A stretch of DNA of 64,000 nt from Octopus bimaculoides (GCF_001194135.2 NC_068987.1:96496982-96560981), one strand, 5' to 3'; counted from the first letter of the stretch, positions 1 to 13,946 are shown. Notes: generated by a model from the letters alone, not told the origin. Translations and numbers: made by a program.

Positions 1-211
1 TGACTCAAAAAATTAACCCAGCTGGTTATGTACCGTGTGGCTATCAAAGAAACTGTATGAAGACCTAACCAGTTGATCAGCATTGACAGCGGGAAGCTCA
101 ACAGCTGGTCAACATGACAGCAGCTCACCAGGCACTGCTTGGAGACAGTCACAGTTTGCTATGAAATAATAATCAAGGACACCAATGAGAGGATAAATCG
201 CTGATGTACTT

Positions 212-443
212 TCAACCCTTTTGAGGCTTATCCACCTGAAACTGCCCATGGTTCTAAGATAAAAAAAAACTTGTGTTAAAGCGATCTAAATTAAAGTCTT
301 CTCTCGAAATTTCATGTTAATTCATGTTCCCAACACCAACTTAATGACAACAATGTTACTTTTATTAAATTCTTCCTTATTTTCAAAGTTAATTGAAACA
401 AAAGCAGTGTGTTTCAACAGGAATATGGTATTGAAAGGGTTAA
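212..443. mobile_element. piggyBac-type MITE (CCCTTT...AAAGGG termini, TTAA-like flanks)
   Basis: tcaa|ccctttt at 212-222 and aaaggg|ttaa at 434-443. The internal sequence recurs at ~63512-63665. Confidence 0.55.
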
Positions 444-1997
444 AATGTCAGTGAAAAACCCTAGTGGAGGGCAGTGGTGGAATGACTTCTTATGAACTTA
501 TAGGATGCTGATGAAGTATGGCACATTGGTCATCTGGTCTAACACAAATGTAAGTGCAATCAATAGATGATAAGGATTATGTCCAAGAAAAGAAAAGAAA
601 AAAAAACTGAGTAAAATGGTAAAGGAGGAATTCAAGGTTAAGTGTGTTACTCTAGCACAGACCAGGGAAAGAAACCTTAGTCTGCAGAAGAGAGCTGTGG
701 TCTCTTTTTCAAAATAAGTTTAGCTCATAACTACATGCTATTACGCTATAAATGAAGCCAGAGTTTTTAGATTGGGGCTTGTTAACAGTAGCTTAAAAAA
801 GTCGATTTAATCTGTCTGGGAGTGGTTAAACAACACACAAAAAATGGAAAAAAAAAAGAAAAACCACCACCACTACTATTACACTGCCAATCAGCACAAG
901 ACCAGCACCACATCATCATAGCAAAGTGTAGGATGGCATCAGAAAGTTGTTAACCATCAGATCACAAAAAAACAATAAATGCAAATGGAATTTTAGGTGA
1001 GAACAATAAAAGTATCATATTAAAATTAACTAGGAATCTCTCTTTCATTCTTTCTTTCTCTCTCACACACAGATTATCTCTCATAAACACATAAGCCTCA
1101 AGCATCCCACTGAGGTGTGCTTTGATGATAAGGTGAAATAAAAAGAATATATATACCTATTTACAATGAGAATACCACCACCACCACCACTACCACCACA
1201 ACCTACTAAAAACAAGATTTACTACATTTCCCAACAATAACATGACCACCATCATCAACTATGATCAACAACAACGGCAGTACTACTGGCAAGTACCAAC
1301 ACTTGCTAGAAATAGCTGCCAAATCATCCACAAATCACAACACTGCTGTCTTGAAAAAAAGTGAAAGACATAAAAATTGGATTGTCATGGCTGGAGCTGA
1401 CTTTTGATTAAACACCAACACTGATATCATCACCACCAACAATAAAAACAACACAAACAATAACCAACATCAACAATTGAAAATAACTAAAATACAATTT
1501 AAGATTAAAAAAACAACAATGACAACGACACTCCATCAACTTAATGCACCAAGATAATTAAAGATTTTCTTTTTATTTCACCTTTGAAGTTTATCTCTGG
1601 ATAAAGTGAACCCACGTGGTGGTGATGCAGATTTTTAAAAACATCATCTAAGAGCATCGTCTATACAGACATGCACGCGTGCACACACACACACACACAC
1701 ACACCAATGTGAGAAGAATTGCCACCAAGTGTGTGTGGATGTGTGCATGCATGCATGTCATCATCATTTAACATCCATTGTGCACGGAATGGATGGTTTG
1801 GCCAGAGATGGCAAGCTGGAAAACTGCACAGGGCTTCATATGTATATATCATCATCATCATTTAATGTCCGCTCTCCATGCTGGCATGGGTTAGACAGTT
1901 TGACTGGAGCTGATGAGGCAGAGAGTTGCACCAGCTTCCAGTCTGATTTGACAGTTTCTACTGCTGGATGCCCTTCCTTACGCCATATATATATATA

Positions 1998-2225
1998 TTG
2001 GGTTGTCCAGAAAGTTCGTGCTGATTTATAGTAGCTTACCTTTCAACTTATTTGCCATGAAACCACCTCAATTCTGGGAAGAGGGTATTTTCAAGTTAAA
2101 GGAAAGATAGAGACACATTGTACAGCAAAATGATTCATATTTGGTTGATTAAAAATGTAATGGCAAGTATTCATTGACCTTTTTCTTTCCTTTAAAAATA
2201 GGCACGAACTTTCCGGACAACTCTA
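1998..2225. mobile_element. mariner-derived MITE
   Basis: Terminal inverted repeats ttgggttgtccagaaagttcgtgc / gcacgaactttccggacaactcta, flanked by TA. Internal remnant reads like a mariner transposase C-terminus (NGKYF.ID). Confidence 0.75.
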
Positions 2226-2635
2226 TATATATATATATNNNNNNNNNNNNNNNNNNNNNNNNNNNNNNNNNNNNNNNNNNNNNNNNNNNNNNNNNNNNNN
2301 NNNNNNNNNNNNNNNNNNNNNNNNNNNNNNNNNNNNNNNNNNNNNNNNNNNNNNNNNNNNNNNNNNNNNNNNNNNNNNNNNNNNNNNNNNNNNNNNNNNN
2401 NNNNNNNNNNNNNNNNNNNNNNNNNNNNNNNNNNNNNNNNNNNNNNNNNNNNNNNNNNNNNNNNNNNNNNNNNNNNNNNNNNNNNNNNNNNNNNNNNNNN
2501 NNNNNNNNNNNNNNNNNNNNNNNNNNNNNNNNNNNNNNNNNNNNNNNNNNNNNNNNNNNNNNNNNNNNNNNNNNNNNNNNNNNNNNNNNNNNNNNNNNNN
2601 NNNNNNNNNNNNNNNNNNNNNNNNNNNNNNNNNNN

Positions 2636-2673
<38 letters not shown>

Positions 2674-3560
2674 ATAAATGATGACAGAGAACATTAACAA
2701 TAAAAAAATTTTCTAAAATCACGACAAATTGTTTCATAATTTAAAAACATGTAAATAATTTATATTATTTAGAAATAAATAAATTACTTACATGCCTGCA
2801 TTAATGCAAAATGCAAAAAATCCTTCAAAATAATGCAGAATTTATGCTACATCCTCAGGTGAAAGAAAGTCCTTGTTAAACAAAATTTCGTCAAACTATT
2901 TCTCTGCCATTTATGACTTTATGCACTCCTTATCATTTTCTTTTGTATCATACTGTATATATTCTATATGTTTTGTAGGATGATACATCACGGAGCTTTT
3001 AAATTTTTTGAGTACTACTGGATTACTTGAATCCATATATTGTGAACTGATGAACTCCCTTGGACCCTGGATATTCCTCTACCATCCAGTTTATATTTTA
3101 ATTCTTGTACCTTGAGAGTATGCATTTGCACATTGCCACCATCTCTCTCACTCGCTCAATCTCTCCCTCTGACTGGGGTAACCATGAATCTCCTCCACAG
3201 CAAGATACCTGTTTCTATCCCTCTGTCATACTTTCACTTCTATTCACCTGACACAAAGCCACCCCCTTCAATACCCATACTCTCTCAAAGGATCTTTGTC
3301 TTGCAAGTTACTTGCTCACCTCACTAGTGTTGGTGCTGTGTAAAAAGCACCCAGTTCACTCTGTAAAGTGGTCGGTGTTAGAGAAAGCATCCAGCCATAA
3401 AAATCACGCCAAAGCAGGCTGTGGAGCTTGGCAGTCTTCTGGCTTACCAGCTCCTAGCAAAACTGTCCAACCCATGCCAACATGGAAGATGGATGTTTGA
3501 TGAGTGGCTGGCTGGCTGGCTGGCTATATGTATGTATGTATGAATGAACACACATACATA

Positions 3561-4505
3561 TGAGGTGGTATCAAAAAGTTCCTGAGCACACCAACAGCTG
3601 GCAGCACACGGTTACATGCACAGTGAAAGCTAACAGTGACTTTCATGAGGCAGTGTGCCAAGTGACACAGCTGTGATTACTTTGCAAGTTGTGAAATTTG
3701 TGTTTTGGTGATCATGTGTATGCTGTAGTCTGTGATTTTGTCATGGATGGGAACAAAGGGCCAATGAAAAGTCTTGCATTAAACTTGGGAAGTCTGCTAC
3801 AGAGACATTGAGTATGCTTCAGAAAGCTTACGGTGATATGGCAATGGGTCATACACAATGTTTTGAGTCAGGGGTTTTCAAACTTTTTGACTTGCAAGTC
3901 AAAAAGTTATATTTCAGGCTTTACCTTAGGGACCCCCTTATAAACGCTTATGAAATTTATACATAAATATTTGCTTAAAATAACATATATTTTTACATTT
4001 ATTTATTTAACAGTATTTAATAAATAGGTTTATTGTCAATTAAAAGATTTCGATTAAAAAACATATATAAAATCAAATTGCCCATAAAAAGTATTTGCTG
4101 TCCACGGACCCCCTGTCTTGTCCTTGTGGATCCTGTGGTCCGTGAACCACAGTTTGAAAACCCCTGTTTTGAGTGACACGGGCGCTTCAAGAGTGGAAGA
4201 ATATCCCTGGAAGACAATAAGTGATCTGGAAGACCTACTATGAGCATCAACCTCAGAAATGTATTGTGCATTGAAAGTTCCTCTTCCAGGGCCAGACAGT
4301 CAATCGAGAGTTCTACAGCAATGTTTTGAAGCATCTGGGGGAGGACATTCGGTGAAAGTGGCTGATCTGTGGAGCACAAAGAACTGGATTCTTCATGATG
4401 ATAATGCACCCTGTCACCAAGCTCTCCTCACTTGTGAGTTTCTTGCCAAAAGCAACATGGTATCACTTCCTCACCTGCCTTATTAGCCAGCTTTAGCACC
4501 TGTGG
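3561..4505 (+). mobile_element. decayed mariner (Tc1/mariner) transposase relic
   Basis: Translates KLGKSATETLSMLQKAYGDMAMGHTQCFE, then (after removing an insert) *HGRFKSGRISLEDNK*SGRPT, and later WILHDDNAPCHQALLTCEFLAKSNMVSLPHLPY*PALAP. These match the mariner HTH and HDNAP/YSPDLAP motifs. Multiple stops and an internal deletion. Confidence 0.85.
3869..4166. mobile_element. hAT-type MITE inserted in the mariner relic
   Basis: Perfect 16-bp TIR CAGGGGTTTTCAAACT / AGTTTGAAAACCCCTG and an 8-bp target-site duplication TTTTGAGT (3861-3868, 4167-4174). Confidence 0.9.
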
Positions 4506-4849
4506 TCGTGTGTGTATGTGTGTGTATGTGTGTGTGTATCTGTGTGTGGTATACTTGCTAAGCAAGTGATTTAATCTGCATTATGTGCTGAAACTAAAGC
4601 AATCAATATGGGAGACATGTTAGCCATTCAAAAATGCACAAGAACTTTTAACTTCACTTAAACATCTATTATTTGCTATATAGTATCAAAATTTTCATTG
4701 CATGAACTGCAACCTGGTCATTGACAAGAATACACGACACACACAGACACACACACACACATACTTATTGTAAATGCTTTGATATCATTATCAAATGTGC
4801 TTTACAGTAATCTTATTTTAAAATTTGCATGTGTATTTGGCTGTCAGTT

Positions 4850-5045
4850 CTATAAAGAGATGACGAGCACTCAAAGTGGATGAAATTTGTGGAAAAGGGA
4901 AGATAAAGAAAACATAGGACAAAGTGATGAGGAATAAACTCAAGAGGCTGAATCTCAAGGAGCTGAAGAAAGACTGAAGAGAGATTCCATGTCATTTTTG
5001 TGCCATACAGGAGAGGACCCAGCTAACTTATGCAAGCATGCAAAA
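4850..5045 (+). mobile_element. RTE-like LINE 3' end fragment
   Basis: Degenerate GKGKIKKT*DKVMRNKLKRLNLKE resembles the RTE C-terminal RGRPRKTW.EVV..DL..LNL motif. Confidence 0.45.
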
Positions 5046-6296
5046 ATAGGACATAAAATGATAGTGGTAATGGAGCATTTGACTATATTATACCTCCATG
5101 GCTTTTGACAATTAGATTCAAAAAGTTTCTATACATCATTCACCCCACTCCTTCATTACTTTATCATCTACTACTAACCTCTCTCATATCAACACGCCTC
5201 CTCCTTTCACTCTATTTCTCTCCCATCACACTGGATCTGTTCATATTCAATATCTCTTCTTCCACTGCCTATTCTTTATTACTAGCACTACTTCATATTC
5301 TATTCCCTACCCATTTATCACTCATTATTGGTATCAAACACTACCCATTACTCCTATTCTTTTACTTTCATCCATTTACATTGTTATTTCTTACTCTATC
5401 TCACAATACTCCTCACTTCACACACTCGTACATTTATATATTCATGTAATTCTTGAACTGAATACTTTTTTTTTATTTAATACATTATACAAAACCAATG
5501 AGTACCTACACTACATTCATTTGCAATCAAATCACCCAAAAAACATAAACAAGAAGTTAAAAGTATATCCCTCAGAATCTTATAGTTATCAGCTAATGCA
5601 CAAATTTTTAAAGGCTCACCACAATATTTTAATGATGTATCTGATAGTAACTTTAAGGGCAAGTTAGCATACACTGACACTCAACCCAGGGCCCCAAAAT
5701 ACAACAAACATGAAAACATTAGCTAGTACAACCCACCTTATAACTTAGCAGTCAAAACCTCAGCAACCAGAGTAGTCTTCACTCATTAGAAACATCTTAA
5801 AACAACACAAATACACAATTTTTAACAAATACACTATTAAATTCTCATACCTTTCCACCCAAAATTTTGCCCCCAAAATTGCAAACTCCAACATCTCAGA
5901 ATCAACAAAAATGAAACAAAAGTCTAGCAGGTAATGCAGCTGCCTCAAACATGCCTTATGCTTTTAAACTGAATATGTATAATTAAGGACACAAAACAAA
6001 TCACTCCACAAACAAATCATACTTTGAAAGCCAATGTCAGTATGACATCAAACCATTTTAAACAAAGATAGTATTCTTATACTCACATTTATGAACCCTA
6101 ACAGATTTAACCATACATCACTAGCTTCATTCAGCCTAATACTCAGATATTTTAAAATATAACCACATTTAAAAGTAAAAATAGTTAAAGAAGATATGAT
6201 TTTCTACCACCTTTGAGTTTTAAAATGAGAATTTTAATAACCACAGTGTTCCAGTAAATATTGTCTGTACGTTGTCATTTTAAGAGATGAGTGAGA

Positions 6297-6329
<33 letters not shown>

Positions 6330-6665
6330 GCATCAGTGAGAGAAAGAAAGACTCGGAATGAGATGGAGAAAGAAGGAAGAGTTGAGGAAAAAGAGAGAGA
6401 AATTAAAGAAAAACTGGAGAAAGAAAACCAGAGAGTTTGAGAGAATAAACTAACACCATTTCTGCACCTCACCCTAATACTTCCTTCTATCACTCCATCA
6501 CAACTAACAATCCCTTGAATCCTCCCTGCTTCACTCTGAAGGAACTCAGACATGAGATTTATTCTGGTGTGTTGTTCTGCGAGGATTTTCGTATTTGTAT
6601 ACAAGTTTTGGAAAAGGTGAGAAACAAAGGCATTGTTTCAAGACAAACAGGTGATCATCAACATA

Positions 6666-6703
<38 letters not shown>

Positions 6704-8379
6704 CGTGTGTGTTGCTGTATATGTGTATATGAAGATACCCATCCACGCATACGTGATAGAAAAAAGATGAAGAACAAGAAACAACAGACAGAGTTCACTT
6801 ACTCATCAATTAGAGCAGCAAAACAACAGAGAGAGAGAGAGAGAGAGAAATAGAGCAAGTGAGTGAGAGTAAATGTGAGTGGGAAAGAGAACAGTCACTT
6901 ATCTGCATACAAGAAAGACAAAACAAAATATGAGAGGAAAATGAAAGAAAAATAAACAAAGTGCGGAAGCGGAAAAGAAAAACAACAAAAATGAAACAAT
7001 GACAACCAACCATCAAGCAAGAACTTGTTTGAAAATCTTCATAGTTTTAATAGCATTTCACAAGAACATTCCAGAATGTTCACACTATTTTTAGAAATCT
7101 TTTAGTAGACAGTCAATCAATTGAAAAAAAAAAATAATAATAAAAACAATAACAATAACAGCATCAACACCAGCAATAATTGGTTCTTTATTTGTCACAA
7201 GGGAATAATAATAATAATGATGCCGATGACAATGATGATGCCAAAGATGATGATGACAATAATAATGGAGGTGATGATGACAATTTCTTAATGATTATTA
7301 AAGAAATAAAACTTAAAATTCAATAATTATTCATTCCCTTATCTTCCTGACAGTAGCTGGAATAAAAAGAAGGGAGTCACTTTAGGAGACCAACTTATAA
7401 CATCCTCCCCACTCCACTCATTGATCTTACTTCACTCCAGCCAAGTGTATGTTCTGTGTATCATACATACAACATTCTAATCGTTGTTGTTGTCATTTTA
7501 ATGTCCATTTTTTCCATGTTTCCATAGACCACACAGAACTTATTGAGGCAGATTTTCTATGGTCAGTTGCCCCTCCTGTTGCCAACCTTCACCTGTTTCC
7601 AAGCAAGATAATATTTCCTCATAAGCAGACATGTTTCATAGAAGGATACTGCTTGTATGATGATGATGATCATTCACAATCATCACATGATATCAAGACA
7701 AGAACACACACACACACACACACACGAAGAGCTCCTTTCAGTTTCTGTCAATGAAATCCACTCACAAGGCTATGGTTGGCCCAAGACTACAGATAGAGAC
7801 ACTTGCCTAAGTGAATCTAAAACCATGTATTTGGGAAGCAAACTTCTTGGCTACACAGCCATGGTCATGTAGTAAGAGTACAAAAACTAGTATGGAAACT
7901 AAAATTAAGAATAGAGTACCTGAGAATATTAATATAAAATGTATTTTAACAGAGCTTTGCATAAGTGACATCTCACTTTTGGCAAATGTGAAGTAAGTTT
8001 TGTTAGTGGAATAAATTCCCTGTATATGTTTAATATTGATTTCAAATTCTGACACAAAGGCAGCAATTTTGGGAGAGGAAGTAAGTCAACTACATTGAGT
8101 CCAGTGCTCAATTGGTACTTATTTTATCAACCCCAAAAGAATGAAAAGCAAAGTCAACCTCAACAGAATTTGAACTCAGAATATGAAGACATGAAATGCC
8201 ACTAAGCATTTTGCCCAGCATGCTAATGATTCTGCCAGCTTACCACCTTGTACATGGTTAATATTGATAATACTAATTAAATGTACAGCTCCTCAGTTTC
8301 ATTCATTTTTACACCAGTTTTTCTAGGAGTGTGGGTCTAGGTCATATGCTTTTCTATAATCAGACTACATAATGCATAA

Positions 8380-9110
8380 ATTTGTCACTCTCTCTCTTTG
8401 TCAGTCATAAACTGGTCTTATGTTCTACACTTCTTTTCAATGGCTTTTTCATTCATCAAGCATTAGGTGTTTCTCATACAGGTGTTGGTATACCTCTTTT
8501 ATGATTATTCCTGTTAAGAATTTCCACATAATTTGTAAACACCTACTTGGTTGGTAATTTGAGACAGAGTTTCCTTTCAATTTGTCATTCAGCATTAGGC
8601 AGGTTCATTATATTGAGTGCCTATCAAAAGGGGAAGTACCACAGTGGTAGTTCCCTTTTTTTATAGGTATGCATATACTTGTCAAACAAACTCTTTCAGC
8701 CAGCAACCACAGACCAGGTTTGGTCGTGCTTTTTACACTTTCCTATCTTTTTATATTATTTTTGTGGTGCTATAATTCTTCTGTGCCTCAACATTTTCAG
8801 AATAATTTTCCACTTGCTTTATCCACTGAACTTTATTATTGTGTTTGGCATTTTTTCCCCAAACTTCTCACCAGTTTGCTTGACTTCAACATTCAGTCTT
8901 ATGTGATCTTGAAAAACATCAAAAAGCTGCTTCTGGTTTGATTGAAAGAAGTGATTTTGCTCACAATGGTTGTCTCTTTATATTTTCAAATTTTGGCAGC
9001 TTTTTCCATTACTGTATTCTTTTTCAATCATTGTCCAAATTCCTTTTTCCTTATATCATACAATTCCTCTAAACTATCTTTCTCTTCTTTCTTTAATTTA
9101 CCCTGCTTCT
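8380..9110 (-). mobile_element. decayed non-LTR retrotransposon RT region (R4/Dong-like)
   Basis: Minus-strand fragments EKAAKI*KY, QNHFFQSNQKQLF, KARPNLVCGCWLKEF and GNSVSNYQPSRCLQIMWKFLTGII..EVYQHL match the RT N-terminal motifs KAPGPD.VQGFWLK and SNYRPITCLPLMWKLLTGII. Many stops and frameshifts. Confidence 0.7.
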
Positions 9111-9349
9111 ACAGAGTCAGTTGGCTATGTTTACTAAGAATTCACTGAATAACTGACAAAAAGGATAATGACAATCTTCTGTCTTGCCACAAACAGAAGC
9201 AGAGTGGGGATCCCTGTGATCTCAAAGCTACAAGTGAAAGTAATGCTCACCAATATAAGGAACAATATCTTATCTATTAACTGTAAGGAACCATGTGCAT
9301 GATATTCAAAACTGAAGATGAAACAAAATGGCAAGTTGATCTGATGTGT

Positions 9350-9720
9350 AACACACCAGCCCAGAGATTCTTGTCACAATACTTAATGTGGTGTCAAGGT
9401 GAAAGATATTGGCACTCGCACATTGAACCTTTGGCTTATTTTGGCTTTTATGACACAGCATGAGACAGAGTAAGCACCAAGGTTAACAGGAATAAACTGC
9501 AGTGAGGTAGGTATGTATGGACATACAAGTCCTAATGACTTGCAAAAACTACAGAGCTATTCTGGAGATGTGATCTATCAAGAATGTAAAAAGAAAAGTT
9601 ATAAGACTAGAGGTGCAGGGCAGAAAACTCAACTGCTACACATGTGACAGAGAAGCACCCAAGAGCTTGCAATCCAATTGAGATTGAGTGGTAAAGAAGA
9701 GAGTAGCAGAGACTGCAACA
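9350..9720 (+). mobile_element. possible LINE ORF1 (gag-like zinc knuckle) relic
   Basis: IRLEVQGRKLNCYTCDRE followed by frameshifted HPRAC gives a near CX2CX4HX4C knuckle. Highly degenerate. Confidence 0.3.
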
Positions 9721-11119
9721 AAAGCTACAACCAGCAGAAAATGATGTTCTCAAAGTACCACTGATCTTAATTCCAGAAACAATGGATGAGATCAACTTAT
9801 CCTCAGTTCCAAAAAAAAAAATGATAAAGTGACTTCCTCCCACTGCCATAACCCTCAGCATAATTCCCATTGTCTGGCAATGACAAGGAGAAGATGGAAA
9901 ATTAACAGAGACGGTAGACCATCATGGACAGTGGAAATAAAAAACAAGAAAAAGAATCCCCAAAGCAAAATAAAAAAAGGAACTCAATGAATAAGAGATG
10001 GCAAAATAACAGAGTAATTAAACCACAGATGAGACTAGATACTGATGGTCACTTTAACAAGAAGCTGAATCACCAAAATCAAAGAAAGGAAAGCATTGAC
10101 TACAAAAAGTCTGAAACAAATTGCAACTAAAATAAAAATTAAGAAATCAGAAAAAATGTGTTTTATTGATTTCATTGTAATATAGTCTGAATAGAGGAAA
10201 TGGTAAATAGAAGTATGAGTAAAGCTCCAGGCTGTATACTTATTTTTGACCTGAAGACACACACAAAGGGCTGGGAGAAGAGAAGGACGAAGGAAACAGA
10301 GACACCTAAATAGAATAAAACAATAATTGGATAGTCTGGATTTATGGGCAAAGAAAACTTCATGAAACCATTTTTAGGAACGGCTGAATAGCTGCAGCAT
10401 TGGGAAGTTTGATTTAAGTTTAACAACTGTCTGGAACATTGTAGTGACTCTTAGACAAGGTATATGACTCCGCTAGCTTCAGTGAAGTTATGTGTAGAAA
10501 ATTTGACGCCACAATACTGGTGGTCAACAAAAAGAGAAAGAAAAAAAATCATCAGCTATTTCAACAATTCACAAAATATATCATTGTCGTTATCATTGTC
10601 TGCTTTCCATGCTGGCATGGGTTGGACAGTTTGACAGGAGGTGGCAAACCAGAGGACTACACCAAGCTCTACTGTCAATTTTGATTAAGTTTCTACAGCT
10701 GGATGCCCTTCTTAATGCCAACGACATTACAGAGTTGATCCATTTCCCCGTGCCAATATGGATTGGACTAATACATATTACTGAAGCTTTATTTTACAAC
10801 TGGATGTCCTTCCTATCAAAAACCCTTACTTGCTTTTCAAGAGATTTGTTTCTTCCACTTATCTTCAAAAGTACAGACTTGCAGGACAATTTGTTAACTG
10901 AGAATGTCAATGTAACACCAGTTTTGCCCAAGGGAAAATAAACATTTACACATACACACACAACAGGCTTTCATACAGTTTCCATCTACCAACCCTACTT
11001 CCAAGAAGGAATTTGCCCAAGGTGCCTTGCAGTGATATTGAACTCAAAACCATGAAGTTCCACTACAAAAGACTGTATCCACATAATCATGCCTGAACAA
11101 TGAGAATTACTAGAGGCAT

Positions 11120-11212
<93 letters not shown>

Positions 11213-11904
11213 GTTGCAGTTATACACTTACACATACCATATACAATCTATGTTTATAAATATTATGTTAAATATCAATGCATATAGATTGTGTTATTCT
11301 CCAGTATATTTCAATGTACAACTCCATGCTGCATTTTACATAGCACTTTGTAACAATTCATATATTGAAAACATATGAATTACATGATTTAACTTGAATA
11401 TACCACTGTCACCATTTTATGTCCTTGTTCCCCATGCCTGAAAATGTTGGAAAACACCCAGACACACACACACAAATATAAATTTACTTAGTTTTTCAGA
11501 TGATTTAAATAATGTAGTTATATGGTTTTCTTGGTGCACAACCTAAAATATCATAGAATCAGTAAAGTAGTAGACCATTATTCCATGCGTAACATTTCTA
11601 ATAATCAACAGTGAATCAGTACATTAAAGATATAAATATCTGAATAAATTGTTGTTAATAAGATCATCATTTTTCAAACCAGTAATTTCATCTCTAGAGG
11701 TAAAACATTTTTATTTTTATATTAACATCTAAACATTTCAATTAGTTTAATCTCTGGTCACCATCAGATGTTTTATTCCCAGATAAGTAGTACAGAGTAC
11801 AGACAGGATTCAATCTATAATAGTTATTAACCTTAGTATAGAAAATAAAGGTTACTAATTGAAATCCAACTAAGTACTATTTGGGTATTCTGAATATGCA
11901 CAAT

Positions 11905-12085
11905 CAGAGATCAAAGCAACTGAAACTAGTATACAATCAGAGATCAAACAAATTGAAACTAGCATAAATTAACGATCAAATTAATTGAAAATAATATACT
12001 ATCTGAGATCAAATCAGTGTACAATCAAAGATCAAACTAATTGAAACTAGTAAATAATTAGAGATCAAACCAACTGAAGCTAGCA
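11905..12085. repeat. degenerate ~30-bp tandem repeat
   Basis: Recurring aatcagagatcaaa(c/g)(a/t)aa(c/t)tgaaactag units. Confidence 0.75.
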
Positions 12086-12436
12086 TAATATACATCCTTT
12101 TCTCCCATCCTTCCCTTCTCAAGTACATGACCACACAACTACATAAACATAGGTATCAATTTGAAGACATACAGATTTGAAGGAGTCTCAGAGGAGACTG
12201 AGCATGTTGTTGATAAGGTTGTAAATGATGGACAACTAACTGGTTATTCAATTGTCTAATTAAGCAAGCAATTGCTCAGTTGGTTGGTCAAATAACCAAC
12301 CAAATGGCAAATAACAAAGAAGTGAAACAGAACCAGTGCATGTATTTATGATTGGTTCAATAAAAAATTTTTGTAAAACATCCAACCCATTAAATAGATG
12401 TTCATATATTCTTTGGCCCAGGTAGGAACCCAGCTC

Positions 12437-12476
<40 letters not shown>

Positions 12477-12659
12477 TTCAATTTTCTTATGTTTTGACAG
12501 ACAATCTCAAGAACAATATTCTTTGCAAAATCAAAAATATGGAACCCTAGTCATAAGACTGACTTGAACTTCTAACTTGTTGAATCTTGAGGCCTCTGGG
12601 TGAGACTTGGAGTCAACTTGTACAAATAAAAAGCAAAAACAAAATATATAATAATAATG

Positions 12660-12694
<35 letters not shown>

Positions 12695-12849
12695 TATTAT
12701 TATCATTATTATTATGGCTGGGTTCCTACCTGGGCCAAAGAATATATGCACCTCTATTTAATGAGTTGGATGTTTTACAAAGATTTTTTTATTGCACCAA
12801 TCATAAACACATACACTGGTTCTGTTTCACTTCTTTGTTATTTGCCATT

Positions 12850-13615
12850 TGGTTGAGAAGCTCAGGACTCAAAGCACAGACTGAAGGATTTTTAATTGCT
12901 TCACAAGACCAAAGCCTCCCAACCAGAAATTACCAAAAACATATAATGAAAAGAAACATAACAAGTAACTGCAGAATATGTGGCGATGAACAAGAAACAA
13001 TAAATCATATTATCTCTGGCTGCCCAGTCCTGGCTAAGAAGGAGTATATTCACAGACACGACAGAGCTGGGACCTACATGCACTGGAAGCTATGCCAACA
13101 CTATGGAATAACAACAGAAAAAAGATGGTATAAACACATGCCAGAAAAGGTCATAGAAAACGAGAAAGCAACAATACTCCGAGATATGCCAATACACACA
13201 GATAGAGAAATTAAGGCTAATAGACCAGATATAGTTGTCAGAGATCATGAAGAAAAAAAAATGCTTTCTAGTTGATGTATCAATACCAGCAGATGACAAC
13301 GTTCCTCTATAAGAAATGGAGAAACTTTCAAAATACAAAGACCTGGAAATAGAGGTAACTCGAATGTGGAATCTGAAAACAGAAACAATTCCTATCATAG
13401 TCGGTGCCTTAGGTATAATAAAAAAATATTCAGACAAATACATAACAAAAACACCAGGACTTACAAATATATATAACATACAGAAAACTGCACTACTGGG
13501 CACTGCACACATCCTACGCAAAACACTTTCAATACAGTAACCATAAGAGCACCACAGCAAACCACAGCACATACCCAAGGCACACAGAGCCGAATAATAA
13601 TAATAATAATAATTA
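12850..13615 (+). mobile_element. 5'-truncated R4/Dong/NeSL-type non-LTR retrotransposon (CCHC knuckle + restriction-like endonuclease), pseudogenised
   Basis: WLRSSGLKAQTEGFLIASQDQSL; CRICGDEQETINHIISGC (CCHC); NRPDIVV...DVSIP...EKLSKYKDL...IPIIVGALG...ALLGTAHILRK* (PD-D..K RLE). Frameshift in the poly-A at ~13252-13261, one in-frame stop, short 3' UTR then (AAT)n tail. Confidence 0.9.
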
Positions 13616-13624
13616 AAAAAAACT

Positions 13625-13946
13625 CTCAAAATACAAAGATCTGGAAATAGAAGAAACTCGAATGTGGCGTCCAAAAACAGAAACAATTCCTATCATAGTA
13701 GGTGCATTTAGTATGATAAACAAAAATATTCAGACAAATACATAGCAAAAACACCAGGACTTACGAATGTATATAACATACAGAAAATAGCACTACTAGG
13801 TACCGCACACATCCTACGTAAAGCATTTTCAATACATGAAAATAAGAGCACCACAACAAACCACAGCATATCCCCAAGGCATACAGAGCTGTACTTGGTA
13901 GTGCAGTGAAAGCATGTGATAAAAATAAGACTACTGAATAATAATA
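13625..13946 (+). mobile_element. second, shorter 3'-end copy of the same R4-like element
   Basis: Repeats KYKDLEIE..RMW..KTETIPIIVGA...ILRK and the 3' UTR (ataagagcaccacaacaaaccacagc...), ending in aataataat. Confidence 0.85.

Noticed and set aside
6541-6625. Possible plus-strand exon ELRHEIYSGVLFCEDFRICIQVLEK ending AAG|GTGAG
   Set aside because: Weak acceptor, no recognisable homology and no partner exons found.
12291-12350. TNQMANNKEVK, resembling the RUFY KTNQMA motif expected in the next exon
   Set aside because: Only a 4-5 residue match with no acceptor and a stop soon after, and it is part of the local inverted duplication.
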